Positions 1-12,600 of a stretch of 64,000 nt of DNA are shown in pieces. The notes below the pieces were generated by a model, which had not been told where the DNA came from, ran no database searches, and was given only the letters and a program-made list of their open reading frames with translations. This DNA comes from Oculina patagonica (lineage: Eukaryota). The position numbers and the translations under genes are program-made. Location: NCBI RefSeq assembly GCF_052425735.1, contig NC_135767.1, positions 2,666,001-2,730,000 of the forward strand, in the 5' to 3' direction. The stretch's first letter is position 1. Each line of letters starts with the position of its first letter.

Positions 1-221
1 TCTGTAGTTGAATGGTTTCGAATTTATTTTTTGATTGCGTGACAGTGAAAACCAGCAATTGAGATATGGTGTCACCTAAGGAGTGAAAATTCCCATTTTG
101 CACATAATGTTGTTTGAAAGTTTGACTTCAGCTCTATAAAGTACATGGCAATAGTTCCTGAGTAAAGTCAATAAATGTGGCCAACTCTTAAATTCTGGTT
201 CCAAAAAATAACACTTGTTAA

Positions 222-546
222 AGGCCCGGTAATACGGGGAACATTTTTGTTCAACTTGTCTCGCAACATTGTTGCATTGCAAGTTGAACGAGTTGTTGCC
301 CGTATTACTACCGTGCGCTCAACTTGTCTCGCAACATATTTCGGTGTTGCAAGTTGAAAAAAGTTGTTGCAAAAAGTAGAACTCGGTTCTACTTTGTGCA
401 ACATGTTGCTGCAACTTGCAACATCAAAATTTGTTGCGAGACAAGTTGAGCGCGCGGTAGTAATACGGGCAACAACTCGTTCAACTTGCACTGCAACAAT
501 GTTGCGAGACAAGTTGAACAAAAATGTTGCCCGTATTACCGGGCCT
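222..546. mobile_element. PIF/Harbinger-type palindromic MITE
   Basis: Termini AGGCCCGGTAATACGGG ... CCCGTATTACCGGGCCT, flanked by TAA on both sides (219-221, 547-549). The whole element is a near-palindrome centred at about 384. Confidence 0.85.
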
Positions 547-2294
547 TAAAGAGCCTATTGGCTTACATGTTACCTTTAAAAACTTATTGTTTATGGGCTG
601 TGTATGTAAGGTCGTAATTTTATGCAGTATAGCTTACATCATGTCTAGTTTATCTTTTCCGTGTATATGCAGAAATTAAGGTACATTAACCCCAATAAGT
701 TTTGTGAAATAAGCTTATATAACGCTTATGTTACTCACCAATTTGGTTCCTCGGTCACTACAATAATTGTATAGTGCTTCAAACATCAAGCAGGCTAGTT
801 ATAAACCAACTAGAGCTGTCCAAAACAGAACGCCTAATGCTTGCATTTCTTCCTCAACAAGATGATTCTTGTGTTGAAAACTCGCCAAAGAACTGTAAGA
901 CGTCAAAAACAGTCCACAGTCAATATAAAATGTCCTCGTGCTTGGGTTCAAAACATTGAATTATCCGCCATCTTTGTTCCTGGCGAGTCTTGGCGCCAGG
1001 TTACACGCGGTCACAATCAAGAAGCTCCAGTATCTTCAGTTGGCACCCGGGGGGAGGTGGTGGGGGCCCGAGGTCCAACGACTGTCATGTTTTTGACAGA
1101 AATGGTAACCCTTTTGAAAACCTTTCAAGAAAAATGGTACCCTTTCTCATACCTGCAGCAAGAGATATTTTGCTTATGACGACTAACAATTTTTTTTTTT
1201 TTTTTTAAAAAAAAAACTTAAAAAGGTACCCGTTAAAATTTAATTTCGGGCGGAGCGCCACTACAGAGATGCTCCCGGGAACGGACCAAGAATATCAACA
1301 CGAAACCAGGTTTCAAGTGCGAGTGAAGAGTGACGGTGGGTTTTTCTTGCTGCAATGAGGGGAAAAGGGAGTTCTTGCCTGGGGGGGGGGGGGAGCGGGG
1401 ATACTCTTAGGGGTGTAAATTTTGGATTTTTGGTCTCACTTAGGGTGTTCCGGGCAAAACGCCAATATTTTAAGCTACAGTATATTCGTCTCGTTTAGGG
1501 CTGCAAACGAGAAAGAAATCTACAAATATAAATTCTATTCTTAGATTTTTAATATTTTTTAGGGGTAAAGAAAAGCTTGTGCCACACCCAGATTGGTCTC
1601 TTTTAGGGTTTTTTTCATTTCCGATGAACATCCCCGCCCCTTTCATGTAGGAGTCCCCAGGGGGTTCGGGTTGGATCCCCCTGAAAACTTCCCGTCCAGA
1701 TACCTTCCAACCTTTTGGCCTGAAATTGCATGACGTCACCGAATGACACCAACACTCGCGACTCACTCCCAGGTTCTTACCAGTCTCAAGTGTAATTTGT
1801 TTGTCTGCATGGGGAAGAGGACGCCTAGGGACTAGCCTGATCAAAGTTCCAGATCTTCTAGGCATTGGAATTATTTCCCACACTTGTTCAAGGTCAAAAT
1901 GTTTTCCAGATGAGTGGGAAAGGTCATTACACAGAATAGGAAGGAGAGAAAGCGACAGAAAGGGTAGCAACAAAGTAAAGGAAAGGGGAAGTAGCAAGGA
2001 AAAAACTTCAGTCCCTCTTATGTGCACAGCATAAATAATGAGGCCATTATAGGGAGTACCCCCCCCCCCTCCGAGTGCAAATTTGTCGACAAAGGGTCTG
2101 TTGTATTGTAAGGGGTCTATTGGATTCTAGATTCAGGTCTGGGTCTGTTGGGGCAATGGGTCTGTTGGATTCTAGATTGTAAACACACACACAATTTGCT
2201 ACCAAACTCATTCTAAAACATCTTTATTTTCAATGCTAATAACATTTCATTTACAAACAATTTTAAGTACAAAAAGTTCAATTTATTTTTGTGT

Positions 2295-5200
2295 TCATGA
2301 TGGGACTTTGTGGATAGCAACTGTGACGTTTCCTTCTGACCGTACAAGCAAGTTACTGCAAGAAACAAACAAAATAAAAAAAAAATGTGCATGATAAGTA
2401 ATGACATCCATAAGCATAATTATTTAGCGCCGGGGTTGAAGGGCAGCAGTGGGCCCCTTTTTGACTGGAACAAATTAAATTATTTTACATTGGCTCAAGG
2501 TTGCTACAGGGGCTAAGTGGCTGATTAAGCCAGCACCTAGCACCATGTTCTATAGCATACAGCATCATGGAGTATCCCCCTCCCTGGATGGGTTGCCAGC
2601 ACATCATAGGTAACCCCACCAGCTAGTCTGTCCAGAGATGTTCCTTTTTGTTTAATTTTTTTTTCTAGTTAGATAGTGTGCAATAGCGAGTGGGGCCCCC
2701 TTGCGCATTCAGATTCCCTGTGGTTTATAATTATTCTGCTTGCAGGCTCTTGATGAAATTTAGGGTGAATAGAGACGGTCTGTAAGCAGGCTGCCCCTAG
2801 CATGTTTGGCAGGTTCCCTCCAGGCACCCATTTATACCCCTGGGAAGTTATCTACACCAGTACTCAAACCTGGGACCGGCATTCCAATACATTAGGCATT
2901 AGGCAATGGCCCTTCCCAATTGGTAAGTGTGTGCAAAACACCATAGCCAATAGTTTAAAATACTGCCTGCATTACTGATTACTCCCTTAGGGCGCATTTT
3001 TTTTACCCACAATTCTGGAATAAGAATGGCTGGTATAGAATTCTAGGAATAATCGGGAGTGCCTGCATTAAAAAACGCCCATGTAGTCGAGATGATATGC
3101 ATGGTCCTAGCAGGACCGTAACAAATAACTATGGCAGCCTGTGAAGAGGTTACCATTGCAGCCACTATCACAGCAATTTTTTTGTCTAAATAAAGAGGAG
3201 GAAGAAAGTATGGAGTCTTAAATGTATTTGTCGTAAGTTCTGGTAGTGCTATTTACAAAGGAGAAGAGACACATCCCTCAAATCGCGGGCTTTGCTGCCG
3301 CCATCTTGGATTTCATTCGCAACATTCTGTTCATTCTGCCCCCAGGATGGAAATGCGGAATAGAAAAACGCATGCATTTCACATTCTGGCCATTCTCATT
3401 CCAGAATTGTGAATAAAAAAATGCGCCCTTAGTTTCACACTTTAACCAATTTCAGGGGCAGTTTGGGATCTTTATGGAGCATTTATGATTGAATCAAGGA
3501 AATGTAATTTCTTTTGGATGGCCAATTTTTGGAGGTTAATAGGCAAAATTGGCAGTAACTGGGTTTGGGGTATATTGCTCTTGCATAAAATTTTCTGTTT
3601 AGACTATGTGACTAAAACTCAGCTGGTTTGATTCAAAATGCTTACCACAATTATTTTAACATGACTGACCAAAATAAAAACATTGTTGAGAGCACACAGA
3701 CCTAAAATGCTTTTTCCAACTATCAATAGTACAAAATCAGAGGTGCTATGATTTCAATTCTCAGCCGTGACTCAAAATAAAATTACCTGACTTTTCATGC
3801 CTTCAAGAATTTCATTTTTCCCTGACCATTTCCAGACCTGTGGCGACCTTGCAGTACTGCTAGATTTAGTTGCTATACATCCTATGTGACACATAATGCT
3901 TACCATGCATCTGACTCTAAGCAGATAACTGGCTGAGGTTCACTGTCTGGATATAGTTTCTTTGCATTTTCCACAAGAGAACAAATAAGTCCTGCATACA
4001 TGGGATTTGCAGTACCTTTAGCTGTTTAAAGAAAGTACAGAACAAATAAGAAAAAAGATTAAAATACAACATGTGCACTTTTTGTTGCTAATTGTCATGG
4101 ATAACATATCTTGAGAAAACTGGCTATTACATTTCTTCATTCTTAGTTTGACGTTAACCATCTTAATCTTACTCTGACTAGCCCACCACCTTAGAAAACT
4201 ATTATTTTTTGCGTTTTTTTTTTTTCAGTTTAAAAGCTTACGGTTGGCACACAGAATGGCGCAAGTGATAATGAGCCAATAATTATAACTTCAATCGCAA
4301 TAAAGCATAAATGATTGTGGATGTTACCCTTTGACATAAATAGGAACTTAAAATACAGTTTAAAATACACCCTACTCAGGGTAGGTACAATATTTTTAGT
4401 TTTTGTGGTGTAAAATAGGGTCAGGGTTTCAAATCCCCAGCAGCACCCCCCAGGCCCCTGACAAGTATTTTGTCAGGTTACTCAGCAAATTGGATGTATA
4501 CCCTAATGAAGTGTTTTAGTGCCTGCACACTTGTTTCATTTTGGAACAAGCCTGCTAAAACAAATCATTGCCACCACATGGGTGAAGAGAGGTACTGTAA
4601 GATTGAGGTGATTTGACTGAGAACATAATAAATGGATGTTGGTCAGTTCCCGGGGGGAGGGAGGGGGGCTCCCTATAATGACCTATATATTAAATGCTGT
4701 GTAAAAATGGCATCAAGACTTCCTGGTTTAGGCATATGGCATGTCTTTTCAGTATATGTAAGGGGTTCTTTTTTCGGTAAAAGGTATACGAAAGGGGTAC
4801 CTTTTCTGTCAAAATGGTATATATGAGGGTAAGGTGTTGGACCTCGAGGCAGAGCCTCCCCGTACAAAACGTTTTTGAGTAGCCCCCCCCCCCCCCCAAA
4901 GGTTTCAGTCCGTGTCAAATGTGGACCTATTGCTGTGGAATTTGTGCTGAGGTAATGACATAAATTAAAGCAACGCAAATTAAGGGCTTGCATTTTCTCT
5001 ATTTTTTTACTGTTTAAAAGTAGTTAACATTAATTAAAATGGCGTAAAGGCGATCTGCAATCCCATTGACAAAAAAATTCCATAATAAAACTTGAAGTCA
5101 TGTGATCAGCGAGTGACTCAATTTCCTTTACACGTCCATCTACCAAATTATTATGAGCTCAGGCTACTAGAAACTCTAGGAATTAAGGATTGACAAAAAA

Positions 5201-5440
5201 ATAACTGAAGTTTTATTCTGATGTCTGTAAATATAAAATGTAAGCCTTATACTAACCTGACAAAGCTAATCCTTGCTGATCGCTACACAACACTCCGATG
5301 ACGCCATGTTCTGACATGCTGATAGAGGATAAAGGAGAAAACAATACAAATTTTGCTACAAATACTTGTTACTCTAACCACAAACAACATATGTAGCAAA
5401 CTTACATGTCATCTAAATGAGAATCTAAGGATTTTTCCAT
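2295..5440 (-). CDS. LAMTOR5: Ragulator complex protein LAMTOR5 (HBXIP), 4 coding exons, 91 aa
   Basis: Exons 5440-5406, 5318-5257, 4021-3904 and 2355-2295; all introns GT-AG and phase-consistent (276 nt). Translation MEKSLDSHLDDIMSEHGVIGVLCSDQQGLALSAKGTANPMYAGLICSLVENAKKLYPDSEPQPVICLESDACNLLVRSEGNVTVAIHKVPS matches the LAMTOR5 motifs GVLCxDxQGL, PVxCLESD and TVAxHK. PolyA signals downstream (TTTATT on + at about 2282 and 2223). Confidence 0.95.
2990..3428. mobile_element. Harbinger-type MITE in LAMTOR5 intron 3
   Basis: TIRs GGGCGCATTTTTTT...CACAATTCTGGAAT and ATTCCAGAATTGTG...AAAAAAATGCGCCC, with TTA duplicated on both sides. Confidence 0.75.
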
Positions 5441-5647
5441 CTTTCAAGATCGAAAATATCTTCGACTCGAATGTTGCAGTTAGTGTGTAGTAAGCTTATA
5501 TGAAGATGCTGCCGATTTAGGTATCATCCGCTGACAACTTTTTGCGCGCTCGTGCCAGTTCGCTCGCGTTATTACTTCCGCCTTTCGTCGACATTCCCTT
5601 TCGCTTTGGAACGCTTTCAGAACATTCGTTTTACTATCTACCTAGAA
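5441..5647. promoter_or_regulatory. Bidirectional promoter region (LAMTOR5 / BTB gene)
   Basis: Only 207 bp lie between the two divergent ATGs. The region is locally CpG-rich with an ETS-like ACTTCCG at about 5574. Confidence 0.65.
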
Positions 5648-6979
5648 ATGGCTAAGGTAAATACTGACGAGGTTTATCAATGGCAGCTAACAAAGAAGAC
5701 AGTCAGTGAAAGAATCAAGCATTTGTACAACAACCCGTTGATGGCAGACGTCAATTTTGTTGTAGCAGACAAGCAAGGAAGCGATCACCCTAAAGTTAAA
5801 ATTCCTTGTCACAAGATTGTCCTGGCTGTCAGCAGTCCTGTATTCTTCGCAATGTTCTACGGAGAGCTGCAGGAGATATCAGAATCTATTGAACTTCCAG
5901 ACTGTGATTCTGAAGGACTTTTGGAGTTCTTGCGTTACATTTACTGCGACGATGTCCGGTTAACCGGAAGTTGTGTGATGCAAGTGCTGTACTTGGCCAA
6001 GAAATACATGATCCCATCACTGACGTCCCAATGCAGATCCTTTCTAGAGGCAAATATTAACGCTGAAAATGTTCTGGATGTGTTACCTCTAGTGGATAAA
6101 TTAGAAGAGGCTCATTTAACTGGTGTTTGTTGGAAGGTTGTTGATGCCCACACTGAGAAAATTTTGCCTTTTTCCTCCGCCACCCTGCTTGAAGAACATG
6201 AGGAACTTGTAGCTTCCATGTTAAGTAGAGATACTCTTAACGCCAGTGAAGTCAAGATCTTTCAAGCTGTGAATCGTTGGGCGAAGGATATCTGTACAAA
6301 GCGAAGACTGACGCCCAGTGGAAAGGAAAAAAGGAAAGTTATCGGGGAAACAATTTTGAAACTTATACGTTTTCCTTTAATGCTACAACAGGAATTTGCC
6401 GAACAAGTCCCCAACACCAACATACTAAAAAAAACTGAGGTTATTCAAATGTTTATGTATTTCAATTTGAATAAAAAGCCTGGAGAGTTTTCGTGTATTC
6501 CAAGGTGTCCAAAAAGCAGCGTTATTCACCGTTGTAAACGATTCGACGGATCTAGCTGTTTTTGGTATTATAATCGTGGCAGTGTTGATTCCATTTCATT
6601 CACCGTCGATATTCCTGTTTTACTAAGAGGAGTTCGTTTGTTTGGATTTAGAGGGGAAACCTATTTTGTTAAAGTAAAAGTCTGCGGTGAAACTGTCCTG
6701 GAAGACCGATTTCAAACAGAAACTGAAGAAAAGGATGGGTATTATGGATTTGATATCATTTTCGAGCAATGCCGTCAGCTGAATCCAGGTGTACCCTGCG
6801 TTTTAGAAGCTTTAATCAGTGGACCGAAATCTCACTACGGGATTTCAGGCGAGGAAGAAGTGGTCTGCGACAAAGTTACTTTTCGATTCGATGCGACACA
6901 TAACTCACAGAATGGTTCTTCTGTGAGCAGGGGACAATTTGCAGAAATTCTATTCACATACTCCCCAACCAGGAATTGA
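5648..6979 (+). CDS. Intronless BTB/POZ-BACK-PHR protein (BTBD1/2/3/6-like)
   Basis: Open ORF from ATG 5648 (MAKVN). BTB motifs ADVNFVV, HKIVLAVSSPVFFAMFYG and FLRYIYCD; BACK motifs EVKIFQAVNRWA and IRFPLM; PHR-like C-terminus (DSISFTVD ... NGSSVSRGQFAEILF). Confidence 0.93.
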   Translation: MAKVNTDEVYQWQLTKKTVSERIKHLYNNPLMADVNFVVADKQGSDHPKVKIPCHKIVLAVSSPVFFAMFYGELQEISESIELPDCDSEGLLEFLRYIYCDDVRLTGSCVMQVLYLAKKYMIPSLTSQCRSFLEANINAENVLDVLPLVDKLEEAHLTGVCWKVVDAHTEKILPFSSATLLEEHEELVASMLSRDTLNASEVKIFQAVNRWAKDICTKRRLTPSGKEKRKVIGETILKLIRFPLMLQQEFAEQVPNTNILKKTEVIQMFMYFNLNKKPGEFSCIPRCPKSSVIHRCKRFDGSSCFWYYNRGSVDSISFTVDIPVLLRGVRLFGFRGETYFVKVKVCGETVLEDRFQTETEEKDGYYGFDIIFEQCRQLNPGVPCVLEALISGPKSHYGISGEEEVVCDKVTFRFDATHNSQNGSSVSRGQFAEILFTYSPTRN

Positions 6980-7928
6980 CTCATCGATCGCATCGCGGGA
7001 TTACGCCAGCAAAAAGAAATCTTACATGAAAACTGTGTCTTCGCTCGCTGTGATAAGCGCACGAATTTGGTAGCGCGAGCACCAACGAACTTTTCCTGAA
7101 CTCTGATGAGTGAAAGTCACCAAGAAAATTTAGTTTGTAAAAACAGATCGGCTTAAAAACCGTTTCATTTCATAAATACCCTATACCGATCGCAATACTG
7201 GTTCCAGTATTTTCAGTTTTATCACGATGTATTTTAGATCTGGATTCAACTACTTGTTAAGAGTTAAATGTGAGAAATAGATATCTCCTTGAAGAACAAG
7301 CTTTCATAGTGATGCTGCTCTATAATGGCTTGAAGTCATAGTACTAATTAGGGCATTTCATTTTGAGATGCACAATCTGAGCAGATAATGGATGAAATTC
7401 TAATGAAATCACTTTTCATGTCGTCCTTAGTATCTAGGTGAATACTCGTTTCCTATTCGAAACATTTTGTTCGATGATTTAAAAAAAAAATCGAAAATGC
7501 GCGAGGACACCAAATGAAAAAAATATTTGGTTGATGCTTCGTAAAATAATTTTCCGAAGTACTTTGATTGTAACGAGCACATTTGTATTGATTTTTTAAT
7601 TATTTAGTTTAAGCTATACATTTTTAAACTTTCAGTGAACCTTAACGTAGCTACGGGTCACTGTTGCAATTAAGTTAGTTTCTAGTGTTTCTGGAAAGTG
7701 TAAATGCGCGATATAACGCTGTTTAATGATATAGTCGAATTTTAGCATTTACTGTATAGTTTCCACCAGAATAAATACACTTATTGTAATCATACTGTAA
7801 GCGCATTCTTTGTTTGTTGAAAAATGTCACGGCAACTAGAAAACCGGACAACAACAACAACAACAATCTACAAGCAAACGAGACATCGTTATGATAACAG
7901 CAACATCCGAGTGTACATGGCTGTACAT

Positions 7929-8179
7929 TTACATCTGCAAATGGTTAGACATTCTAGTCTTCTCGGAAAAGGACGATAAACCGTAGGTCCCGTCTCCTGT
8001 ATCTTCAGTCTTATAACAGGGGACGTTAAAGAACCCACACACTATTCGCAAAGAGTAGGGCACGAAGCTCCCGGTGTTGTGGTCTGGCCTTGTGTAGTAA
8101 ATTACAGTATGTGTACAGCGCATTTGAACATATATATATATGAAAAATGCGCTATATAAATTCATTATCATTATCATTA
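7929..8179 (+). mobile_element. 5'-truncated copy of the Deu/Nin-domain SINE
   Basis: Near-identical to 8519-8780 over its 5' part; ends in an (ATTATC)n tail. Confidence 0.8.
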
Positions 8180-8391
8180 CTTGCATGTGACCAGAGGTTC
8201 GATTCTGCGATTGCTTTCGTTTTTTCTCTGCCCGTCCTCGACCACAATCAACGTTGTCGAATCGGTTTTTAGTTCCACCTCTAAAGAGGTCACTCTTCGG
8301 TCCTCGGCCCCAGTCGTCCACGGAAAAACCTCCCTTCACGCCGTTCTTATCCATATCCATATCTTATCCATATCTTATCCATATCCATAGA

Positions 8392-8460
8392 CCGCCGCCT
8401 GGTTAGCTCAGTTGGTAGAGCGCCGGACTGCTGTGCGGGAGGTCGTGGGTTCGAACCCCA

Positions 8461-8501
<41 letters not shown>

Positions 8502-8781
8502 TGTGCTGCCTTTGTAATTACATCTGCAAATGGTTAGACATTCTAGTCTTCTCGGAAAAGGACGATAAACCGTAGGTCCCGTCTCCTGTATCTTCAGTCT
8601 TCTAACAGGGGACGTTAAAGAACCCACACACTATTCGCAAAGAGTAGGGCACGAAGCTCCCGGTGTTGTGGTCTGGCCTTTACAATTGTATCTTAAAATT
8701 ACAGTATATGTAAAGCGCATTTGAACATATACACATGGAAAATGCGCTGTATAAATGCATTATCATTATCATTATCATTAT
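8392..8781 (+). mobile_element. Full-length tRNA-derived SINE with a Deu/Nin-like central domain
   Basis: A box TAGCTCAGTTGG and B box GGTTCGAACCC; central GGACGATAAACCGTAGGTCCCGTCT ... GGACGTTAAAGAACCCACACACTATTCG resembles the Deu/Nin domain; (ATTATC)n tail. Confidence 0.85.
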
Positions 8782-9171
8782 ACCCAGGTCTCAACTCGTA
8801 TGTGATCCCAGATCTCAATGACTCGCGCTTACCGTTTTGATGAGAATGTGAGGCGCGTAGAAACAACATCGCATTAGACCCATCTACTTAAATTGAATAT
8901 CCGATTTCAGAAAAATAAATTGTTTACCAAAAATAAATAATAGACAAAATGGATTAAAAAAAGATTTCGCATTATCTTTAAGCAGAATTTAGAATGCCCT
9001 TTTAATTTACTTCAAGTTTGAGCGACTAGCGCATTTTTTGTGGGCAAAATAAACATTATTTCAGGTACATTATTGTAAAAATTTTTGTTATTTAGTTGAA
9101 TCCCGCTAATTTGAACCCTCAATAACTCGAACCTTTTTCGATTCCCCTCCAGGTCTTTTTATTACTATAGC

Positions 9172-9336
9172 TACAGTTGAATCTCGATAACTCGAACCCT
9201 TAATAACTCGAACCTCCCGCAAACTCAAACCTTTTTCGATTCCCCTCCAGGTCATTTACTTACTAATTTTGCCCTTTGATAACTCAAACCTCTTTCGATT
9301 TCCCTTGAAGCTTCGAGCTATCGGGATTCAACTGTA
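9172..9336. mobile_element. Tc1/mariner-type MITE with a duplicated left-end fragment (about 9092-9160)
   Basis: TACAGTTGAATC ... GATTCAACTGTA termini with internal ATAACTCGAAC repeats. Confidence 0.65.
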
Positions 9337-9675
9337 TATAAGATTTTCCTGGTTGACATGTTTACAGCTCAAATGCAAATTAGGTAGCCTATTCATATTA
9401 AATAAGTTATTCTCCAAGTGGTATCAGCTGCTCCGCAGTAAACTAAACATCATTCATTGTGTTAGGGATCGAATGGCAAAATTTTCGCTTTAATTTGTTT
9501 GCTGCCTTTGGGCTTTTTTCTCAAACATAAAAAGATTGTGATGTCAAGCCGATAAAGATTTGTTTATGAATACACGGAATTACAGAAAACTCCGCTAACG
9601 ATCTGCCATCGCTAGCAGGCAATTAGCTGATAAACATTTCTCGAGTAAAGAGACTGGTTTGTCATATAAACAAAC

Positions 9676-12600
9676 ATGGAAGCACAAAGAGCTTTTCTCT
9701 CGGCTGTGTTGTCCGAAAGACAAAAATCTTGGAACAAGGTATTTTTCTTATCCTTTTTTATTATTTAAACAATTTTAAAGACAACTACAATCAGAGTGAT
9801 ATTTTTCGGAAATTAAAATGTGTCGCTATTGGTAACGGGGAGTAAGACAGTTAGCCTTTCTGTCGCTTTATACAATTAAAATTTAATATAAAACCGAAAT
9901 ATTATTTTTCTTGCATAGAAAACCCGTGTCAAAGCTAGGCTTTTTTATTACTTTTTCACTTGAAATGGATGTTATTCCCACGAAGTTAAAAGCGTTTGTA
10001 CCCGTCTTTTTTATTTATTTTTTTTTTTTTTTTAATTTTTTTTTTTTTTTTTTAAAAATAATTTGAAAATTTTTATTTATAATTTAACTTTTCTTTTTCC
10101 TTAAAACCTGGCTTAAAATTTAAAATTTGTAGTGCCATGGAAACGTAAGTTCAGTGCAGCGGGATAAATATAGCCTGCGAACGCAGACAAATTTCCTTTT
10201 GTTCCTTCGAATTCACACAAGCGGGAATTCATCTGCGCTGGCAGGCTATGATAAATGAAGTGAAAAAAAACCTTCAAAATCAGTATAGTCATGACTTGAA
10301 ATAATATTAAGCGAAAAGCGTCTAGAAAAGTGTATATTATGATTTTCTACTAAAGACTCATGCTATTTTTTTTTCTTTATCAGCATAAAGATAAGCGTAT
10401 TAAGTACATACTAAAACGGTGGATAGCGATTAGTGCATTTGGAGTACGCTGAGGTTGGCTTCTCAAACTCTGAATATCCTTTGCAATTCACCTCCGAGCA
10501 ACGCGCGCGAGAAAATTGTAATCTGACAGGAACAAACTAGTCTAAAAGTCATCCTTTCTGGCTATATTAGTCTCGCTGTTTTCTGGGAGTATATACTAAA
10601 ACAACTATTCACCTCAGTGTCGGTGGCCAGTGGTGAAGTATTTTTAGTCACCTCCACTTAAGTGAATAGTTGTTAAATAGGACACGACGTTTTTGACGAA
10701 ACTACTGGTCTTTGTCGAGAGCTCCTGGTCTTATTCTATGCTCATATGTGGACCTCGACTTTGCATCAGTACACATATGAACAAGAAAGGATTACTGGAC
10801 TTCAAGCTTGGTCAATAATATCTTATATTGTAAGGAATCTTTTTGGTCAATGTAACTAAACAGTACTTGATGTCATTCTTCTTGAAATGTCTCCAGGCGG
10901 AAGCCAATTACGAGGAAGTGTTACGCTTGATCTACAAAACAAAATGGAGGAAGCATTTGAACAAAGAAAAACTGCGACTGCTGGTATGTTGCACGAAAAG
11001 AAACTTATTTAATACTTAACAATTATTCCACAAGCGGCGTTGGATTGGTGTAGTTCTTCCTCTCTTTCCGGTGGATATTTTTTTTTTAAACCTTTTTTTT
11101 CTTTTTTTTTTTTTTTTTTTTCTTATTTCTAATGTTTTTAACAATATTTATTCGTGTGCTGTAAATTAACATTTTTCGATTAATTTCACAGTTGTTTGAA
11201 TGCCATTTTCACTGCGCAGTCGCACTACAAAACCTTCAAAACTACCAGAGGGCATTGCGGCACTTTCAGCGAGCCATGGAGGTGGTCAGCTGGAGGAAGG
11301 TCTGTACAGTACGTCATGTACGACTTCATTCAAGTGTCTGTAAATTGTGATTCTCCCTCATTTGACACGTGTGTATCAACAATTTGTGCAAATGCTGCAA
11401 ATACGTTTCCATTTTAGGATGAGTGCCAAGCAGGTTGCATCACAGGAAGGGTTCTACACCTGCACGTCCCTACCCTGGCAAGGATGGCTTGTTGTCACAT
11501 CCACTCAGGTTTGCAAGGCCATGCTATTCAATCCTTCCACGACGTATAAAACTTGGTTCACTATTTTGTCACATGCCTGCGAATCAGATGCATGACCACT
11601 TTGAATAAAGTTAGGTCTTGTGCCTTTTGTTATGTCTTATTGTTTATCGTAAGAAATCTATTTCCTGCTTTTTAGTATATTCCCCCGCTGAGCCTCCTGG
11701 TGTATACTTGAAGGAAACTTACGTTATTAACAACTGTTATAACCTTTGGCATTACCCTTAAACATTTGCCAGCAACTACCAAAGTCTAGCTTTTTCTTAC
11801 TGCTACTGTTCAGTATTGATTTTTTCAGTATTGTTCAGTAATCGTCTCTGTGATCATTTTAGTCTTAGGTTTGTCAGTTCAAACTTGGTCTAGACGCACG
11901 TGCATGTCTTTCGCCTACAAGAGCTTAAAACATCCGCCAGATACTTGTCAGTAATTTAACTGTATATTTTTTTTCATTTTTTTTCGCCAGGGGACCTCAT
12001 CGAAGCTCTAAACACTATCGAAAAGACTATCTTACTTGATTTCAGAAATCCGGTAAGTTACGTTATAATAATGAACTCTTTCCTCAAACTACACCAAAGC
12101 GATAAAGCTAGCTCCGGTATTTTCTATAAGTGCATTTTAAGCTAAGACGTGTGTGTTCTTAAACGACTTTTGGCACTGATTGAGTTGTTTTTAATTACTT
12201 TTTACAGGATTTATTCTGCGTCAGATCATTGGTCAATTTCCTTCTAAAACGACAAGAAAAGGTAATGTACATAAAACTGCTAACACCAAGCGATATTGAT
12301 GAAATATCCTCATTTTTGTGCTGAGAATTTATTTTGTCATATTTTATGTTATGTTTTGTTAAAAGATCTTTCTAACTTATTCGAATATTAAGTGACAATT
12401 TTTTTAAAATAATAGTCCTAGAAATTATTTTAGTGTTGTTGATGGATTGCAAAAAAGGACGAATCACACATTTTCTTGTTGCATTTTAAGAAAGAAGCCA
12501 TGAAACAGCTACCCTTTCATGCTAACTTGTATCTGATATCATTTTGTACTGCAGGCTCTATCTGATGCTAGCTTTGCCATACAGTTGAGCCCAACGCAAG

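Noticed and set aside
1470-2027. 185-aa minus-strand ORF
   Set aside because: No recognisable domain; it overlaps a GC-ended interspersed repeat and a purine-rich tract.
5552-5647. N-terminal extension of the BTB ORF
   Set aside because: It starts at GTG within the promoter/UTR; ATG 5648 is the plausible eukaryotic start.
7103-7130. CTGATGA-GTGA-AAG-TCAC hammerhead-like motif in the BTB 3' UTR
   Set aside because: GAAA does not directly follow stem II (CAA intervenes), and no stem I or III can be formed.
8393-8466. tRNA gene
   Set aside because: It has A and B boxes but weak acceptor and anticodon stems and no T-run terminator, and it continues into a SINE body.
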